Below, in pieces: positions 53,319 to 62,990 of a stretch of DNA of 64,000 nucleotides. This DNA is from Nanobdellota archaeon (GTDB taxonomy: Archaea > Nanobdellota > Nanobdellia > Pacearchaeales > GW2011-AR1). The translations under genes were made by a program, and so were the position numbers. Positions within the stretch are counted from its first letter, which is position 1; every line of letters begins with the position of its first letter. The notes under the pieces were generated by a model, which searched no databases, was not told the origin of the DNA, and was given only the letters and a program-made list of their open reading frames with translations. The stretch covers positions 182,185-246,184 of the forward strand of contig JBBSXJ010000004.1 of NCBI GenBank assembly GCA_038045825.1, read 5' to 3'.

Positions 53319-54557
53319 ATGAAATATGCATTGTTTTGGTCATTTATTTTAGTTTTATTAATTGTTTCAACAGCTTCTTATTATTTTGAATTAAGAAATT
53401 CCTATTTTTCGTCAAATGCTGTTTCTGCTAAATCTTCTATTCCAGGATTGTTTTGTGGATATAACGATATCACTTCTCTTTTTGCAAGGCATGGTTTGCC
53501 TCAGAATTTTATAATAGAAGATATAGAGAAAATAGGCCTGCATCATTTAAGTATATTTCTTACAGATTTGTCCAATAATTTAACAGGTTTATATTATTAT
53601 GATTTAGGTGCAGACTTAAGACTAGATACTTCAGATGATTTTTCTTTCTCATTGGGAACATCTCCTAGACTATCTAATTATGCCTCTCCCGTGGTTGTTT
53701 TGGATAACGGTACTATTTCTAATTATACTCTTTATTGGGTAGATCACCAACCATTGCATAAAGAGATAAAGTCTTGCAAGGTGCGGGCAATGGGTTGTTT
53801 CAATGTTACTACAGTTGCTAATTTCTCTATTAGTTATTTTGGAGGGTCTTTAATGGCTATAAATCCCTCATCTTATCAAGATAAGATTTATTTTGCAATT
53901 AATCATAAGACTATACTTAGAAGTCAAAATTATTCTTCTTTTAGATCCTGCACCATACGGCCTGGATCTGCTAATTATTGTATGAGTAATTTTACTAATT
54001 ATACTTTGTATCCTATTCTTTATAATTATAATGTATCTTATAAATATTATTCTAATATTGAAAGTTTAGGTTTTATAATAACTCCTAATTACCCTTCTAC
54101 TTATCCATTTATAATAAATTATCCTGATTATACCTATTTTTTTAGCATTAAGGACAATAATAATTCAATTATCACACTTCCTACTTTAGATCATGATTCA
54201 GCTACTTTTCTCGCACCAGATAATCTTGTTGCTGTAAGGAAAGATATTAATCTTGTTAATGATGCTATTTCTGTGATAAATATCCCATCGATTACTTATT
54301 CAGATATAGACATTTTACCTGTGTCCATTAATAAGGCCTTTTTTCTTGAATTTTCACCTAGTAATATAGTTTTACTTTATAGAATCCATAATTTATTAAC
54401 ATTTGGCAAGGCTTTTGGCCGTCCTGTTACTTTAGTTTATAATAATACTCTTGGGCCGGAGGTCACTCCTAAATTTGCTCTTGATGACAATTCAATTATA
54501 GGGTTTACTAGTGGAAATAGTGGCGGATCTATCGTTAAATTTGATTGTTCTCCTTAG
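53319..54557 (+). CDS. secreted hypothetical protein
   Basis: Signal/TM helix; Asn/Tyr-rich with several Cys. Confidence 0.7.
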   Translation: MKYALFWSFILVLLIVSTASYYFELRNSYFSSNAVSAKSSIPGLFCGYNDITSLFARHGLPQNFIIEDIEKIGLHHLSIFLTDLSNNLTGLYYYDLGADLRLDTSDDFSFSLGTSPRLSNYASPVVVLDNGTISNYTLYWVDHQPLHKEIKSCKVRAMGCFNVTTVANFSISYFGGSLMAINPSSYQDKIYFAINHKTILRSQNYSSFRSCTIRPGSANYCMSNFTNYTLYPILYNYNVSYKYYSNIESLGFIITPNYPSTYPFIINYPDYTYFFSIKDNNNSIITLPTLDHDSATFLAPDNLVAVRKDINLVNDAISVINIPSITYSDIDILPVSINKAFFLEFSPSNIVLLYRIHNLLTFGKAFGRPVTLVYNNTLGPEVTPKFALDDNSIIGFTSGNSGGSIVKFDCSP

Positions 54558-54694
54558 ATTAATATATTTACTAATTTATTTATCTGTATGTTTTTTAAAT
54601 CCTTAAGCAGATAAGACGTCGATTTTTGATTATTTTTTGAGAAATTCTCTGTTGGAAATCCTTAAATAGTATTTTTATTGGTTTGAAATAAGAA

Positions 54695-54767
54695 AGCCCC
54701 GTAGTATAGTGGTCAAGTATTCGGGCCTCTGGCGCCCGAGACCCCGGTTCGAATCCGGGCGGGGCTA
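54695..54767 (+). tRNA. tRNA-Gln(CUG)
   Basis: A1-U72 acceptor, anticodon arm cgggc-ctCTGgc-gcccg, T-loop gttcgaatc. Confidence 0.96.
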
Positions 54768-54800
54768 TAAATTTATAACTTGTTTTTACTTTGAATTATT

Positions 54801-55349
54801 ATGAGGAGATTTTTTATTTTTACATACCCTAAACTTACTTTGTATGTTATTGCTATTTTTGTTGCTTACTTTGTTTTTCAGATACCCGCTGTTTCTGAAG
54901 CTGTAAGTTCATTTGATAGTTTTATTTATTTACCTATGTTTTTTGGAGGATTGCTTTATTCAGCAGGATTTACTACGTCTCTTGCAACTGGATTCTTTTT
55001 GAGCTATAGTGTTGATAATATATTGATTTCTGCTTTAATTGGTGGATTAGGGGCTTTAGTTGCTGATTTAGGAATATTTTCTTTCATAAGATTATCTTTC
55101 ATGAATGAATTTCATAAACTGGAAAAGACTTCTTTTATTAGGCATATAATTGATTCTACAAAATCTTTGAATCCTAAAATAAGGTATTTTTTTGTTTATA
55201 CTTGTGCTTGTATAATTATTGCTTCGCCTTTGCCTGATGAACTTGCTGTTGCGATGCTTGCTGGCTTTACTAAAGTGCACCCTTATGGGTTTGCATTTAT
55301 TAGTTATGCAGGAAATTTTGTAGGAATTTATGTGCTTCTTTCTATTTAG
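54801..55349 (+). CDS. membrane protein (DedA/VTT-like)
   Basis: Several TMs; GGLGALVAD and ASPLPDE motifs. Confidence 0.65.
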   Translation: MRRFFIFTYPKLTLYVIAIFVAYFVFQIPAVSEAVSSFDSFIYLPMFFGGLLYSAGFTTSLATGFFLSYSVDNILISALIGGLGALVADLGIFSFIRLSFMNEFHKLEKTSFIRHIIDSTKSLNPKIRYFFVYTCACIIIASPLPDELAVAMLAGFTKVHPYGFAFISYAGNFVGIYVLLSI

Positions 55350-55386
55350 TATAGTTTTTAAATGTCTTAATTTAAGCTTTATAGTT

Positions 55387-55560
55387 GCCCTTGTAGTCTA
55401 GTGGTCAAGGACACGGCCCTCTCGAACTGGTTTACCAGCATGCAAGGTGATGTCGCTGAGACTATATCTGTGCTCGCTCTCGAGTAGCATGGTGTTGAAG
55501 CTGTCGCGCAAGCGATAGTGGAGAACGGCCGAAACCCGGGTTCAAATCCCGGCAGGGGCA
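55387..55560 (+). tRNA. tRNA-Glu(CUC) with a 101-nt intron at 37/38 (55425-55525)
   Basis: Acceptor gcccttg/caggggc, anticodon stem cggcc/ggccg, canonical bulge-helix-bulge (CUCU:GGAG helix, bulges CGA and AAC). Confidence 0.92.
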
Positions 55561-55688
55561 TTAGGTTATTGAGGTATCCGAGCGTGATCTATTAGAAAAA
55601 AGTATGTCTCTGTATATCTATGTCTGCCAGAGGCTCTCAAAATGCTCTCTGTCGATTATTTTATTAACCTAAAAACATCTTAGGCATA

Positions 55689-57170
55689 ATGAAAAAGAGA
55701 CTTATTTGGTCACTAGTTTTTATAGGTATTTTTCTATATATTTGTCTCTTTTTATTTTCTATAAATAAAGTTAAGGAAAATTCAGAAAATGTTCTTATTA
55801 AGGATGTTGGGCATCTTTATCCAACATATGTTAAGAAAATAGTAAAAGAAAATCAATTAGATCAAATAAAAGAAATAATTACAGATGCAAATAATAATGG
55901 TCTAAAGGTGTCTATTGCAGGAAGTCAACATAGTCAGGGAGGACACACTTACTATGATGATGCTGTGGTTCTAAATATGAGGGGTTTTAATAAAATTATT
56001 AATTTAGATACTAATACTAAAATTTTAACTGTTCAAAGTGGGACAACATGGGATGAAGTTCAACGTTATATTAACCCTTATAATTTATCCATTAAAGTGA
56101 TGCAGTCTTCTAACATCTTTACTGTAGGAGGAACTCTAAGTGCAAATGCTCATGGCAGAGATCTTGATAGCAATGCAATGGTAGAAACAGTTACAGGATT
56201 TAGATTTCTATTAGCTAATGGGACAATTTTAAACGTAAGTAGAATAGAAAATTCAGAACTTTTCTCTCTAGTTATAGGAGGTTATGGTATGTTTGGAGTC
56301 ATATTAGATGTAGACTTAGAGTTAACAGATAATGAGGTTTACAAAACTACAACTAATCTAATAGATTACAAGGATTTTCCAAATTATTTCGAGGACCATA
56401 TAAAGAAAAATGAGAGTATAGCATTGATGCTAGTCAGACCCTCTATCAGTCCAAGTAATTTGTTTGAAGAATTCGCAGTTTTGACATGGGAAAAAACCAA
56501 CGAGCCTTTAGATCCTTTCTTTGAATTAACAGAAGAAAAAAATGTAATTAGAGATAAATTTTTGTTCGGATTATCAAGAAAATATGATTGGGGAAAGGAG
56601 TTAAGATGGAATCTTCAAAAAAAGATTGAATCTAAGCAAAATAGATTTATTAGCCGAAATAATGGTATGCGACCTCCAGAAGCCCCTCTTGAACTTTTAG
56701 AACACAACTCACTTAGGGACACAGATATATTACAAGAATATTTTATTCCAACTAGAAGCTTCATTAATTTTTCTGAGACATTTATTAAAATATTAAAAGA
56801 AGATGAAGTAAATGTGCTTAGTTTTACTATAAGATATGTCTCTCCAAATAATGATTCATTACTCTCCTATGCCCCAAAAGAAGAAGCATTTGCTATAATT
56901 TATTACAGCAATATAAAAATATCTGAAAAAGAATTAAAAAAGACTGAAAAAACTGTGCAAAAAATTGTTGATGCAGCAATACAAAATGATGGAACTTACT
57001 ATTTGACCTATAATTTATACCCCACACAAGAACAGATAAGAGCATCTTATCCTTCTATAGACCTTGCTTTTTTAAAAAAGAAAGAATATGATCCAAATGA
57101 AACATTTATGAGCAAGTTTTACGCTAAATATGCAAATGGAGAAGAAGATGAAAAATACTGGCAAATCTAA
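55689..57170 (+). CDS. FAD-binding PCMH-type oxidoreductase (aldonolactone oxidase/DprE1-like), membrane-anchored
   Basis: AGSQHSQGG, TVGGTLSANAHG, GGYGMFGVI and KKEYDP motifs. Confidence 0.9.
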   Translation: MKKRLIWSLVFIGIFLYICLFLFSINKVKENSENVLIKDVGHLYPTYVKKIVKENQLDQIKEIITDANNNGLKVSIAGSQHSQGGHTYYDDAVVLNMRGFNKIINLDTNTKILTVQSGTTWDEVQRYINPYNLSIKVMQSSNIFTVGGTLSANAHGRDLDSNAMVETVTGFRFLLANGTILNVSRIENSELFSLVIGGYGMFGVILDVDLELTDNEVYKTTTNLIDYKDFPNYFEDHIKKNESIALMLVRPSISPSNLFEEFAVLTWEKTNEPLDPFFELTEEKNVIRDKFLFGLSRKYDWGKELRWNLQKKIESKQNRFISRNNGMRPPEAPLELLEHNSLRDTDILQEYFIPTRSFINFSETFIKILKEDEVNVLSFTIRYVSPNNDSLLSYAPKEEAFAIIYYSNIKISEKELKKTEKTVQKIVDAAIQNDGTYYLTYNLYPTQEQIRASYPSIDLAFLKKKEYDPNETFMSKFYAKYANGEEDEKYWQI

Positions 57171-58068
57171 AAGAAAAAGATTAATTTGGACTATTCTCCT
57201 AAGTATTCTAGTAATATTTCTTGGTTATTTCTTTTTATACGAACCTAGATATTCTGGAGAAATAGCCATTCCAGAAGAATCATTAGTAATAGCCCATAGA
57301 GGATTTGGAGTCCATGCCCCAGATAATAGCTTGGCTGGAGCTAAGTTAGCTTTGAATAATGGTATGGATGGCATAGATGTTGATGGGCAAATGACATCAG
57401 ATGGCGAACTGATTATATTTCACGATTTAACATTAGGTCGTTTAACAAACTCTACAGGAAGAGTCAGCGATAAAACATTAAATGAAATGCTTCAGCTTGA
57501 TTTAGGTCCAAGATTTAATGAAAGTTTCAATGGTTCTTATGTGGCAACATTCGAAGATTTTCTTACTGCAATTAATGGAAGTGCAATTTATATGGTAGAA
57601 TTAAAGGTTGCTACTGCTTCTGAAACAGGAATTGAAAAAAGAGCTGCAGAAATAATAAAAAAACATAATGCTTATGATTGGGTTTACTTAAGTTCATTCA
57701 ACCCAATTGTTCTTTACAGATTAAATAAAATTGATCCAAAAATAAATACTGTTTTCATCTTTATGGATACAAATTGGAACAAGGAGCTATTAGCAGAAGT
57801 TGAAGAGGGAGTAAGAGTTGATCTTCCTTGGTTTTTGAGGCAAGAACCTATTAGAATGGCTATAAGAAAAATCATAAAACCAGACTTGTTAAGCGTAAAT
57901 TATAGAGTTAATGAAAATACAGTAGACAAATTACTAAGAAAGGGATATCCTATCTTTTTGTGGTCTCCCAACAATCAATCAGATATTCAAGATAACTTAG
58001 AAAAGAGCCCATATGGTTTGATAACAGATCAACCTTTAATGGGTAAGGAATTGAGGGATAAAATATGA
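57130..58068 (+). CDS. glycerophosphodiester phosphodiesterase (GDPD)
   Basis: IAHRG..PDNS, IIFHD, VELK, SSFN and LITD motifs; N-terminal TM. Confidence 0.9.
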   Translation: MQMEKKMKNTGKSKRKRLIWTILLSILVIFLGYFFLYEPRYSGEIAIPEESLVIAHRGFGVHAPDNSLAGAKLALNNGMDGIDVDGQMTSDGELIIFHDLTLGRLTNSTGRVSDKTLNEMLQLDLGPRFNESFNGSYVATFEDFLTAINGSAIYMVELKVATASETGIEKRAAEIIKKHNAYDWVYLSSFNPIVLYRLNKIDPKINTVFIFMDTNWNKELLAEVEEGVRVDLPWFLRQEPIRMAIRKIIKPDLLSVNYRVNENTVDKLLRKGYPIFLWSPNNQSDIQDNLEKSPYGLITDQPLMGKELRDKI

Positions 58069-58607
58069 AAGATATGAAATGGTTGACTATAACTCAAAGC
58101 GTTTTATTATTTGGAACGGGAATAGTATTTCCATTTTATATTGTATTTATTAAACAAATTGGAGCAAATTTCACTGAATTTGGTATTGCTTATGCTCTGT
58201 TTGCCTTAAGCTCTGCTTTTTTCCATAAAATTATAGGGAAAAGTTCTGATAAACTTGGAAGAAAGATGTTTTTAGTAATAAACAGTTGGGGAGTTGCTGT
58301 CTTATTTCTTCTTTTTCCAATTGCTACCAAGATAACTGAAGTTTATATTCTCCAGATAATCTTGGGAATTTTTGGAGCGATGCAAAAAACAAGTGAAAAG
58401 GCAATTGTTGCAGATTTCACAGACAAAAAAGATAGAGGAAGACAAATAGGAAACTATCATGGCTGGATAGCTATTTTTTCAGCATTAGCAGTTGTTGTTG
58501 GAGGTTATATCATTGATCTATTTACTCTTGAAATTATTTTCTATGTTGGTTCAGTTATATTATTTATTAGCGGTATACTCACATTAAAGAAAATAGAGGA
58601 AAACTAA
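58065..58607 (+). CDS. half-size (6-TM) MFS transporter
   Basis: GKSSDKLGRK MFS motif A and DRGRQIG. Confidence 0.8.
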   Translation: MKDMKWLTITQSVLLFGTGIVFPFYIVFIKQIGANFTEFGIAYALFALSSAFFHKIIGKSSDKLGRKMFLVINSWGVAVLFLLFPIATKITEVYILQIILGIFGAMQKTSEKAIVADFTDKKDRGRQIGNYHGWIAIFSALAVVVGGYIIDLFTLEIIFYVGSVILFISGILTLKKIEEN

Positions 58608-58608
58608 T

Positions 58609-59268
58609 ATGTTTTTACAACAACCAGATGTAGCTATTACAGATTTTTTACTAATGTTAGAAGCAATTACTTTAGCCTGCCTTATTTTACAGATTAAAGG
58701 AAAGAATAAAATAAGATCATCTACTTTTCTTTTTTATATCTCACTAGCATTAGGCTCATTCATAGGAGGAATTGTTCATGGCTTTTTCCCAGAAAGTGGA
58801 TCACTAGTAAACTTTGTTTTATGGAAAGCTACTATGATTTCATTAGGTTTAGTTACTCTATTTTCCTGGATTATTGCTGGAACTATTCTACTACCTAAGC
58901 GCAATAAGTTAATCATCTTTTTAGCATCATTAGAATTTGTATTTTATGCAGTTTATACATTATTCATCAATAGCGATTTTAAGATTGCAATTTATAATTA
59001 TATACCAGCTATTTTATTATTACTGATTTCATTCTTTTACACCTGCTTTAAACTAAAAAATTATAATTCAATCTTCGGAATAATTGGAGTTGTTTTAACA
59101 TTTATTGCTGCATGGATTCAACAAGCTCAAGTATCAATTCATCCAATTTACTTTAATTACAACGCCCTGTACCATGTTATCCAAGCGATTGCAATATTAT
59201 TGATATTTGTTTCTTTAAGGTATATTATTTCAACTAAAGAAGGTAAAAATGAATTTAAGAAAAATTAG
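58609..59268 (+). CDS. 7-TM membrane protein with conserved-looking His motifs (DUF6962-like)
   Basis: TDFLL, GGIVHG and NYNALYH motifs. Confidence 0.7.
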   Translation: MFLQQPDVAITDFLLMLEAITLACLILQIKGKNKIRSSTFLFYISLALGSFIGGIVHGFFPESGSLVNFVLWKATMISLGLVTLFSWIIAGTILLPKRNKLIIFLASLEFVFYAVYTLFINSDFKIAIYNYIPAILLLLISFFYTCFKLKNYNSIFGIIGVVLTFIAAWIQQAQVSIHPIYFNYNALYHVIQAIAILLIFVSLRYIISTKEGKNEFKKN

Positions 59269-59621
59269 TCAATTATCTTATATTAAACTAAACTTTTTGA
59301 CTATGGCCGCTGGTGAAATTATATTGCTTGCTTTATAGTCATTTTTTGAAGAGAGCATATGGTTTATACTTCCAGATTTTCTTTTTTTAATGTTATGTAT
59401 ATTTTCTCCAAAAAAATATAAAACATTCTTTATTATAAGTATTATATTCTCTATAATAGGTACAATTTCATACTTTTTGTTCGTTTCTTACAATTTAACA
59501 TTATCCCATGATATTTTCATTGATGGGTAAAAAGTATCAAAGATTCATACGCAATTATACCTTACCATTTCTATTATTCTATATTGTGCTATTTTTCATT
59601 GTTCTTTCTTATATTAAATAG
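59249..59621 (+). pseudogene. YqaA/DedA-like membrane protein pseudogene
   Basis: LAL*SFFEESIWFILPDFL with an in-frame TAG at 59336 where Trp is expected; the C-terminal piece is in another frame. Confidence 0.6.
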
Positions 59622-59624
59622 TTT

Positions 59625-59658
59625 TACCCCGCAGCTTGCTCCGGTTGGGTAGTTCATT
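59625..59658. mobile_element. degenerate IS200/IS605-like terminal palindrome
   Basis: taccccgcagcttgctccggttgggtagttcatt is a GC-rich imperfect hairpin in AT-rich DNA; family call is from recalled resemblance. Confidence 0.4.
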
Positions 59659-59735
59659 ACTTAAAATTAGTAAACGATAAATCACATCATTATGCCAAGT
59701 GAGCCCAGAACGAGGTAGAAAGATTTATATACTTG

Positions 59736-59751
59736 GTAAGAATAATCTTAC
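59736..59751. promoter_or_regulatory. inverted repeat between TATA and start codon, probable AbrB operator
   Basis: gtaaga-ataa-tcttac. Confidence 0.45.
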
Positions 59752-59752
59752 T

Positions 59753-60019
59753 ATGGAAATTAATATGACTAAGATGAGTTCTAAGGGACAAGTAGTAATT
59801 CCTCAAGAACTTAGGAAAGACATTAAAGAAGGAGATAAGCTTCTTGTTATTCGCAATGCTGATCAAATAATAATAAAGAAAGCAAGTAAAATGGATAAAC
59901 AGCTTGCAGAAGACCTTGAATTTGCTAAAAGAACAGAAGAAGCTTACAAGAGAATAGAAGCTGGAGAATATATCTCTATAGATTCTGATAAATTAGTAGA
60001 AGAAATGTCTAAATGGTAG
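59753..60019 (+). CDS. AbrB-type antitoxin
   Basis: KMSSKGQVVIPQELR motif. Confidence 0.88.
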   Translation: MEINMTKMSSKGQVVIPQELRKDIKEGDKLLVIRNADQIIIKKASKMDKQLAEDLEFAKRTEEAYKRIEAGEYISIDSDKLVEEMSKW

Positions 60020-60261
60020 AGATCCGCTTTGATAAAAAATTTGTTGCTTTATTTTCTAAATTAAAAGATCCTATAATAAAACATAGGATATCTGTGCAAA
60101 TTAAAAAAACCTCTGAAAATCCAGAAGTGGGAAAACCTATGATGCATACAAGGACTGGGACAAGAGAATTATATGTTAGTTCTTTTAGACTCTCATATGA
60201 GTATTTTAAAAATAAAGAGATAGTTTATATTTTAGATTTGTATCATAAAGATGAACAGTAA
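60013..60261 (+). CDS. RelE/ParE toxin
   Basis: NPEVGKPM...RELYV..FRLSY...YHKDEQ pattern. Confidence 0.88.
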   Translation: MVEIRFDKKFVALFSKLKDPIIKHRISVQIKKTSENPEVGKPMMHTRTGTRELYVSSFRLSYEYFKNKEIVYILDLYHKDEQ

Positions 60262-60301
60262 GAAATAAATTCCATGCAGATGCCGTTAGAACCTAGAACG
60301 T

Positions 60302-60312
60302 GGCAGGGGCAT
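60302..60312 (+). repeat. possible attR: duplicate of the tRNA-Glu 3' end
   Basis: ggcaggggcat is identical to 55551-55561. Confidence 0.5.
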
Positions 60313-60341
60313 ATCTATTTCATTTGAGATCATCTTTTTAG

Positions 60342-60378
60342 ACGTCTACACGGAAAGATTTATATATTATGTGGACGT
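60342..60378. promoter_or_regulatory. TATA box flanked by an inverted repeat, operator of the MNT-HEPN operon
   Basis: acgtctaca ... tttatata ... tgtggacgt. Confidence 0.5.
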
Positions 60379-60387
60379 ACACTTTTT

Positions 60388-60849
60388 ATGCCATACACAG
60401 AAGTTAAAGAACGCAACGGAAAAAAGTATTTTTATAGAGTTCTCTCTGTGAGAAAATCTAGCAAGGTTTGCAAAGATAGGGTTTATTTAGGAAGAGATTT
60501 GTCTAATGAAGACTTGCTTGTGAAGCAAAGTGATGCTGATATTTCATTTAATAAAAAGAAAATAACTAAAGGTCTTGACAAGATAAGACCAATAATCTAT
60601 AAAATTGTAAAACAAAGAGGGATTAAAAAAGCAGGTATTTTTGGGAGTTATGCTAGGGGCGAACAAAAAAAGAATAGCGACATTGATATTTTAATTGAAC
60701 CTAGCAAAGATATGGGTTTATTTGAGGTTATTGAACTTGAAGATGAACTTAAAAAAAAGTTAAAGAAAAAAGTAGACTTACTAACCTATGCTAGTATACA
60801 TAAACTTCTTCACGATAGAATATTGAAAGAAGAAGTTAGAATATTATGA
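60388..60849 (+). CDS. minimal nucleotidyltransferase (MntA) antitoxin with N-terminal extension
   Basis: FGSYARGE...SDIDILI...KVDL motifs. Confidence 0.9.
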   Translation: MPYTEVKERNGKKYFYRVLSVRKSSKVCKDRVYLGRDLSNEDLLVKQSDADISFNKKKITKGLDKIRPIIYKIVKQRGIKKAGIFGSYARGEQKKNSDIDILIEPSKDMGLFEVIELEDELKKKLKKKVDLLTYASIHKLLHDRILKEEVRIL

Positions 60850-61202
60850 AAGACTCCTCTTTATTTATAGATCATGTCATTGAGAATATTGAAGATATAG
60901 AAATTTTTATCAAAAATATTGATGAAGATGATTTTTTGACGAATAAAGAAAAACAAAACGCTGTAACAAGAAGTTTAGAAATAATAGGGGAAGCTGTAAA
61001 AAATATTCCTGAAAAAATAAGAATAAAATATCCTAAAGTTCCTTGGAAAGGAGTGGCTGGAATAAGAGATAAAATAACTCATCACTACTTCGGAATTGAT
61101 TTAAAGTTAATATGGAAAGTTGTTAAAGAGTATATCTTGCCTTTGAAAAAACAAATGTTACAGATTAAGAAAGAATTTAATGAAGCTAAAGAAGTAGCTT
61201 AG
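60846..61202 (+). CDS. HEPN (DUF86/HepT) RNase toxin
   Basis: LEIIGEA and RDKITHHY (RX4HXY) motifs. Confidence 0.92.
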   Translation: MKDSSLFIDHVIENIEDIEIFIKNIDEDDFLTNKEKQNAVTRSLEIIGEAVKNIPEKIRIKYPKVPWKGVAGIRDKITHHYFGIDLKLIWKVVKEYILPLKKQMLQIKKEFNEAKEVA

Positions 61203-61353
61203 AATAATAAATCCAATTGAAAAAATGAATCCCATCGAAATGCTCATTGAGCTTAGAGTGCTGATGGGAATAGAGAGATTCCTAAAAGTTTTCTCTCTGC
61301 CTTTGATTTAGTAAGATATTTATACAACTAAAATGTTAGTTTTTTGATTAAAA

Positions 61354-61647
61354 ATGGTGAATTTCATATTTATTGGTCTTATAATCCTAGCCGTGTTTCT
61401 TTTCTTTAAGATTACTTCTTTTAGATATGAGAGATGGTGGACATATCTTATTGCCATATTGTTGATTTTTGTATTGTTTTCATTCTTTAATGTGGTTAAG
61501 GCCAATCAGATAGATATGAACTCATTTGATGGTTTTCTTTCAGCTACTAAGGTTTATCTTGCATGGATTGTAGATTTTGGGAAAACTACTGCTTCTATAA
61601 CTGGAAAGGCTACTTTGGGTTGGAACGTCACAAACTCATCTACTTAA
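61354..61647 (+). CDS. small membrane protein
   Basis: Two TMs plus an amphipathic tail. Confidence 0.7.
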   Translation: MVNFIFIGLIILAVFLFFKITSFRYERWWTYLIAILLIFVLFSFFNVVKANQIDMNSFDGFLSATKVYLAWIVDFGKTTASITGKATLGWNVTNSST

Positions 61648-61648
61648 A

Positions 61649-61852
61649 ATGAAATTTGCTTTGATTTTGATGAAGGTATTTATTATAGGAGCTCTACTTA
61701 TAATAAGCAATCAGAGCCTCGCTATGGGAATATCTGAGAATAGAATACAGTTTGTTACAGAGTATACTTCTTGGGTTGCTAACTTATTTGAAAAGACTTT
61801 GTCCATTGCTAGTTATGTAATTGAGAGCAGGTGGCTTCCTGAAACTGGTTGA
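61649..61852 (+). CDS. small membrane protein
   Basis: TM plus YTSW...WLP; coupled to the previous gene. Confidence 0.65.
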   Translation: MKFALILMKVFIIGALLIISNQSLAMGISENRIQFVTEYTSWVANLFEKTLSIASYVIESRWLPETG

Positions 61853-61922
61853 TTCTTTTTACATACCATATTAAGACATCATCAATTCTTTTTATTGGAC
61901 TTCCTAACAAACTGCTTAATTT

Positions 61923-62282
61923 TTATTCAATTGTTCTGTATATATCTTCTGCTGTTCTTTTATCTCTTAAAATTATATTTCTTCTATATTGCATTATCTG
62001 ATTAGTGTTATCAGGACTACAGGTATGTTCTAGATCCCATTGATTTGTATCATATAATGGATTTAGGCTTACTCTAAGATTTTCTTTGACATTGGCTAAA
62101 CCTGTTAGATCTGCCACTTCTTTATCAAGATACCACCATGAATAAGTACAGCTTTTGTCTCCTGGGATAGATCTTGTGGAATAAACTTGTATTGGATTAA
62201 ATTTCTTTTCTAATTCTGTTTCTATTTTTATTTTTAATTCTTCTAACTTTGGAAATCTGTCAAAATGTAAGATATTTCCCAT
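61923..62282 (-). CDS. hypothetical protein
   Basis: ORF only. Confidence 0.55.
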   Translation of the reverse strand: MGNILHFDRFPKLEELKIKIETELEKKFNPIQVYSTRSIPGDKSCTYSWWYLDKEVADLTGLANVKENLRVSLNPLYDTNQWDLEHTCSPDNTNQIMQYRRNIILRDKRTAEDIYRTIE

Positions 62283-62415
62283 AGGAATAATTTATTAAAT
62301 TTAGGTTCTTAAATCTAGTATAGACCTGATTTTTTTAGGAGTTGGTATTTTATTTACTTTGTTATTTTATCGAACTATTAAGAAAGATTTAAAAAAGCAA
62401 GTTAGATAGAAAAGT

Positions 62416-62679
62416 ATGGAAGATCAAGAAAGATTACAGGTCCAAACAACAAGAAATTGGAAGACTTTAGAGAATAAAGTTGGAAAGGATCCTAAAGACT
62501 TTATACCCTTATATGGTCTCTGGAATTATGGAATAAGAGCTTGGCCGATTATAAAACAGACAAGAGACCAAGACTATCAAGGATTTCATTTCGGATATAT
62601 GGACAAGGTTATGCTCTGTCAGTTTGTTACCTCAACAGGTGTTGCAATTGCTTATGCAATTAATTCTCTATTTAATTAA
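62416..62679 (+). CDS. hypothetical protein
   Basis: ORF with upstream TATA; C-terminal TM. Confidence 0.55.
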   Translation: MEDQERLQVQTTRNWKTLENKVGKDPKDFIPLYGLWNYGIRAWPIIKQTRDQDYQGFHFGYMDKVMLCQFVTSTGVAIAYAINSLFN

Positions 62680-62683
62680 AATA

Positions 62684-62755
62684 AGCCTCCGCCGAGGATC
62701 GAACTCGGGATCTCGTCCTTACCAAGGACGCATTCTACCACTGAACCACGGAGGC
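62684..62755 (-). tRNA. tRNA-Thr(GGU)
   Basis: Minus-strand cloverleaf with anticodon arm cgtcc-ttGGTaa-ggacg. Confidence 0.96.
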
Positions 62756-62990
62756 TTAATCTCATTTTATTGTTTTTCTATTTTAAACATTGCTAATTGA
62801 GATTAACAAGCTTAAAACTTGACTACTAGAACAAGTTTTAAACGTTCAGGTGGATTTTTATACTAATTATTTTAGTTAATGATATGAAAATTTACTCTAA
62901 ATTTCCAATACAAGAAAAATCTATAGATTTTTCTGTCTGTTTAATTTGCAACTGCTCGCCTACGCTCACATCAGGAGGAAGAAATTAAAC

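Noticed and set aside
55425-55525. Group I intron or hammerhead ribozyme in the tRNA intron (gagacta, ctgaga words)
   Set aside because: Too short for group I, no complete P7 or CUGANGA/GAAA core, and a canonical BHB explains splicing
55379-55561. 60-aa minus-strand ORF
   Set aside because: It is the antisense of the intron-containing tRNA-Glu
59336-59338. Amber recoding (pyrrolysine or alternative genetic code)
   Set aside because: TAG terminates many intact genes here (fen, sod, map) and the same gene has a second lesion
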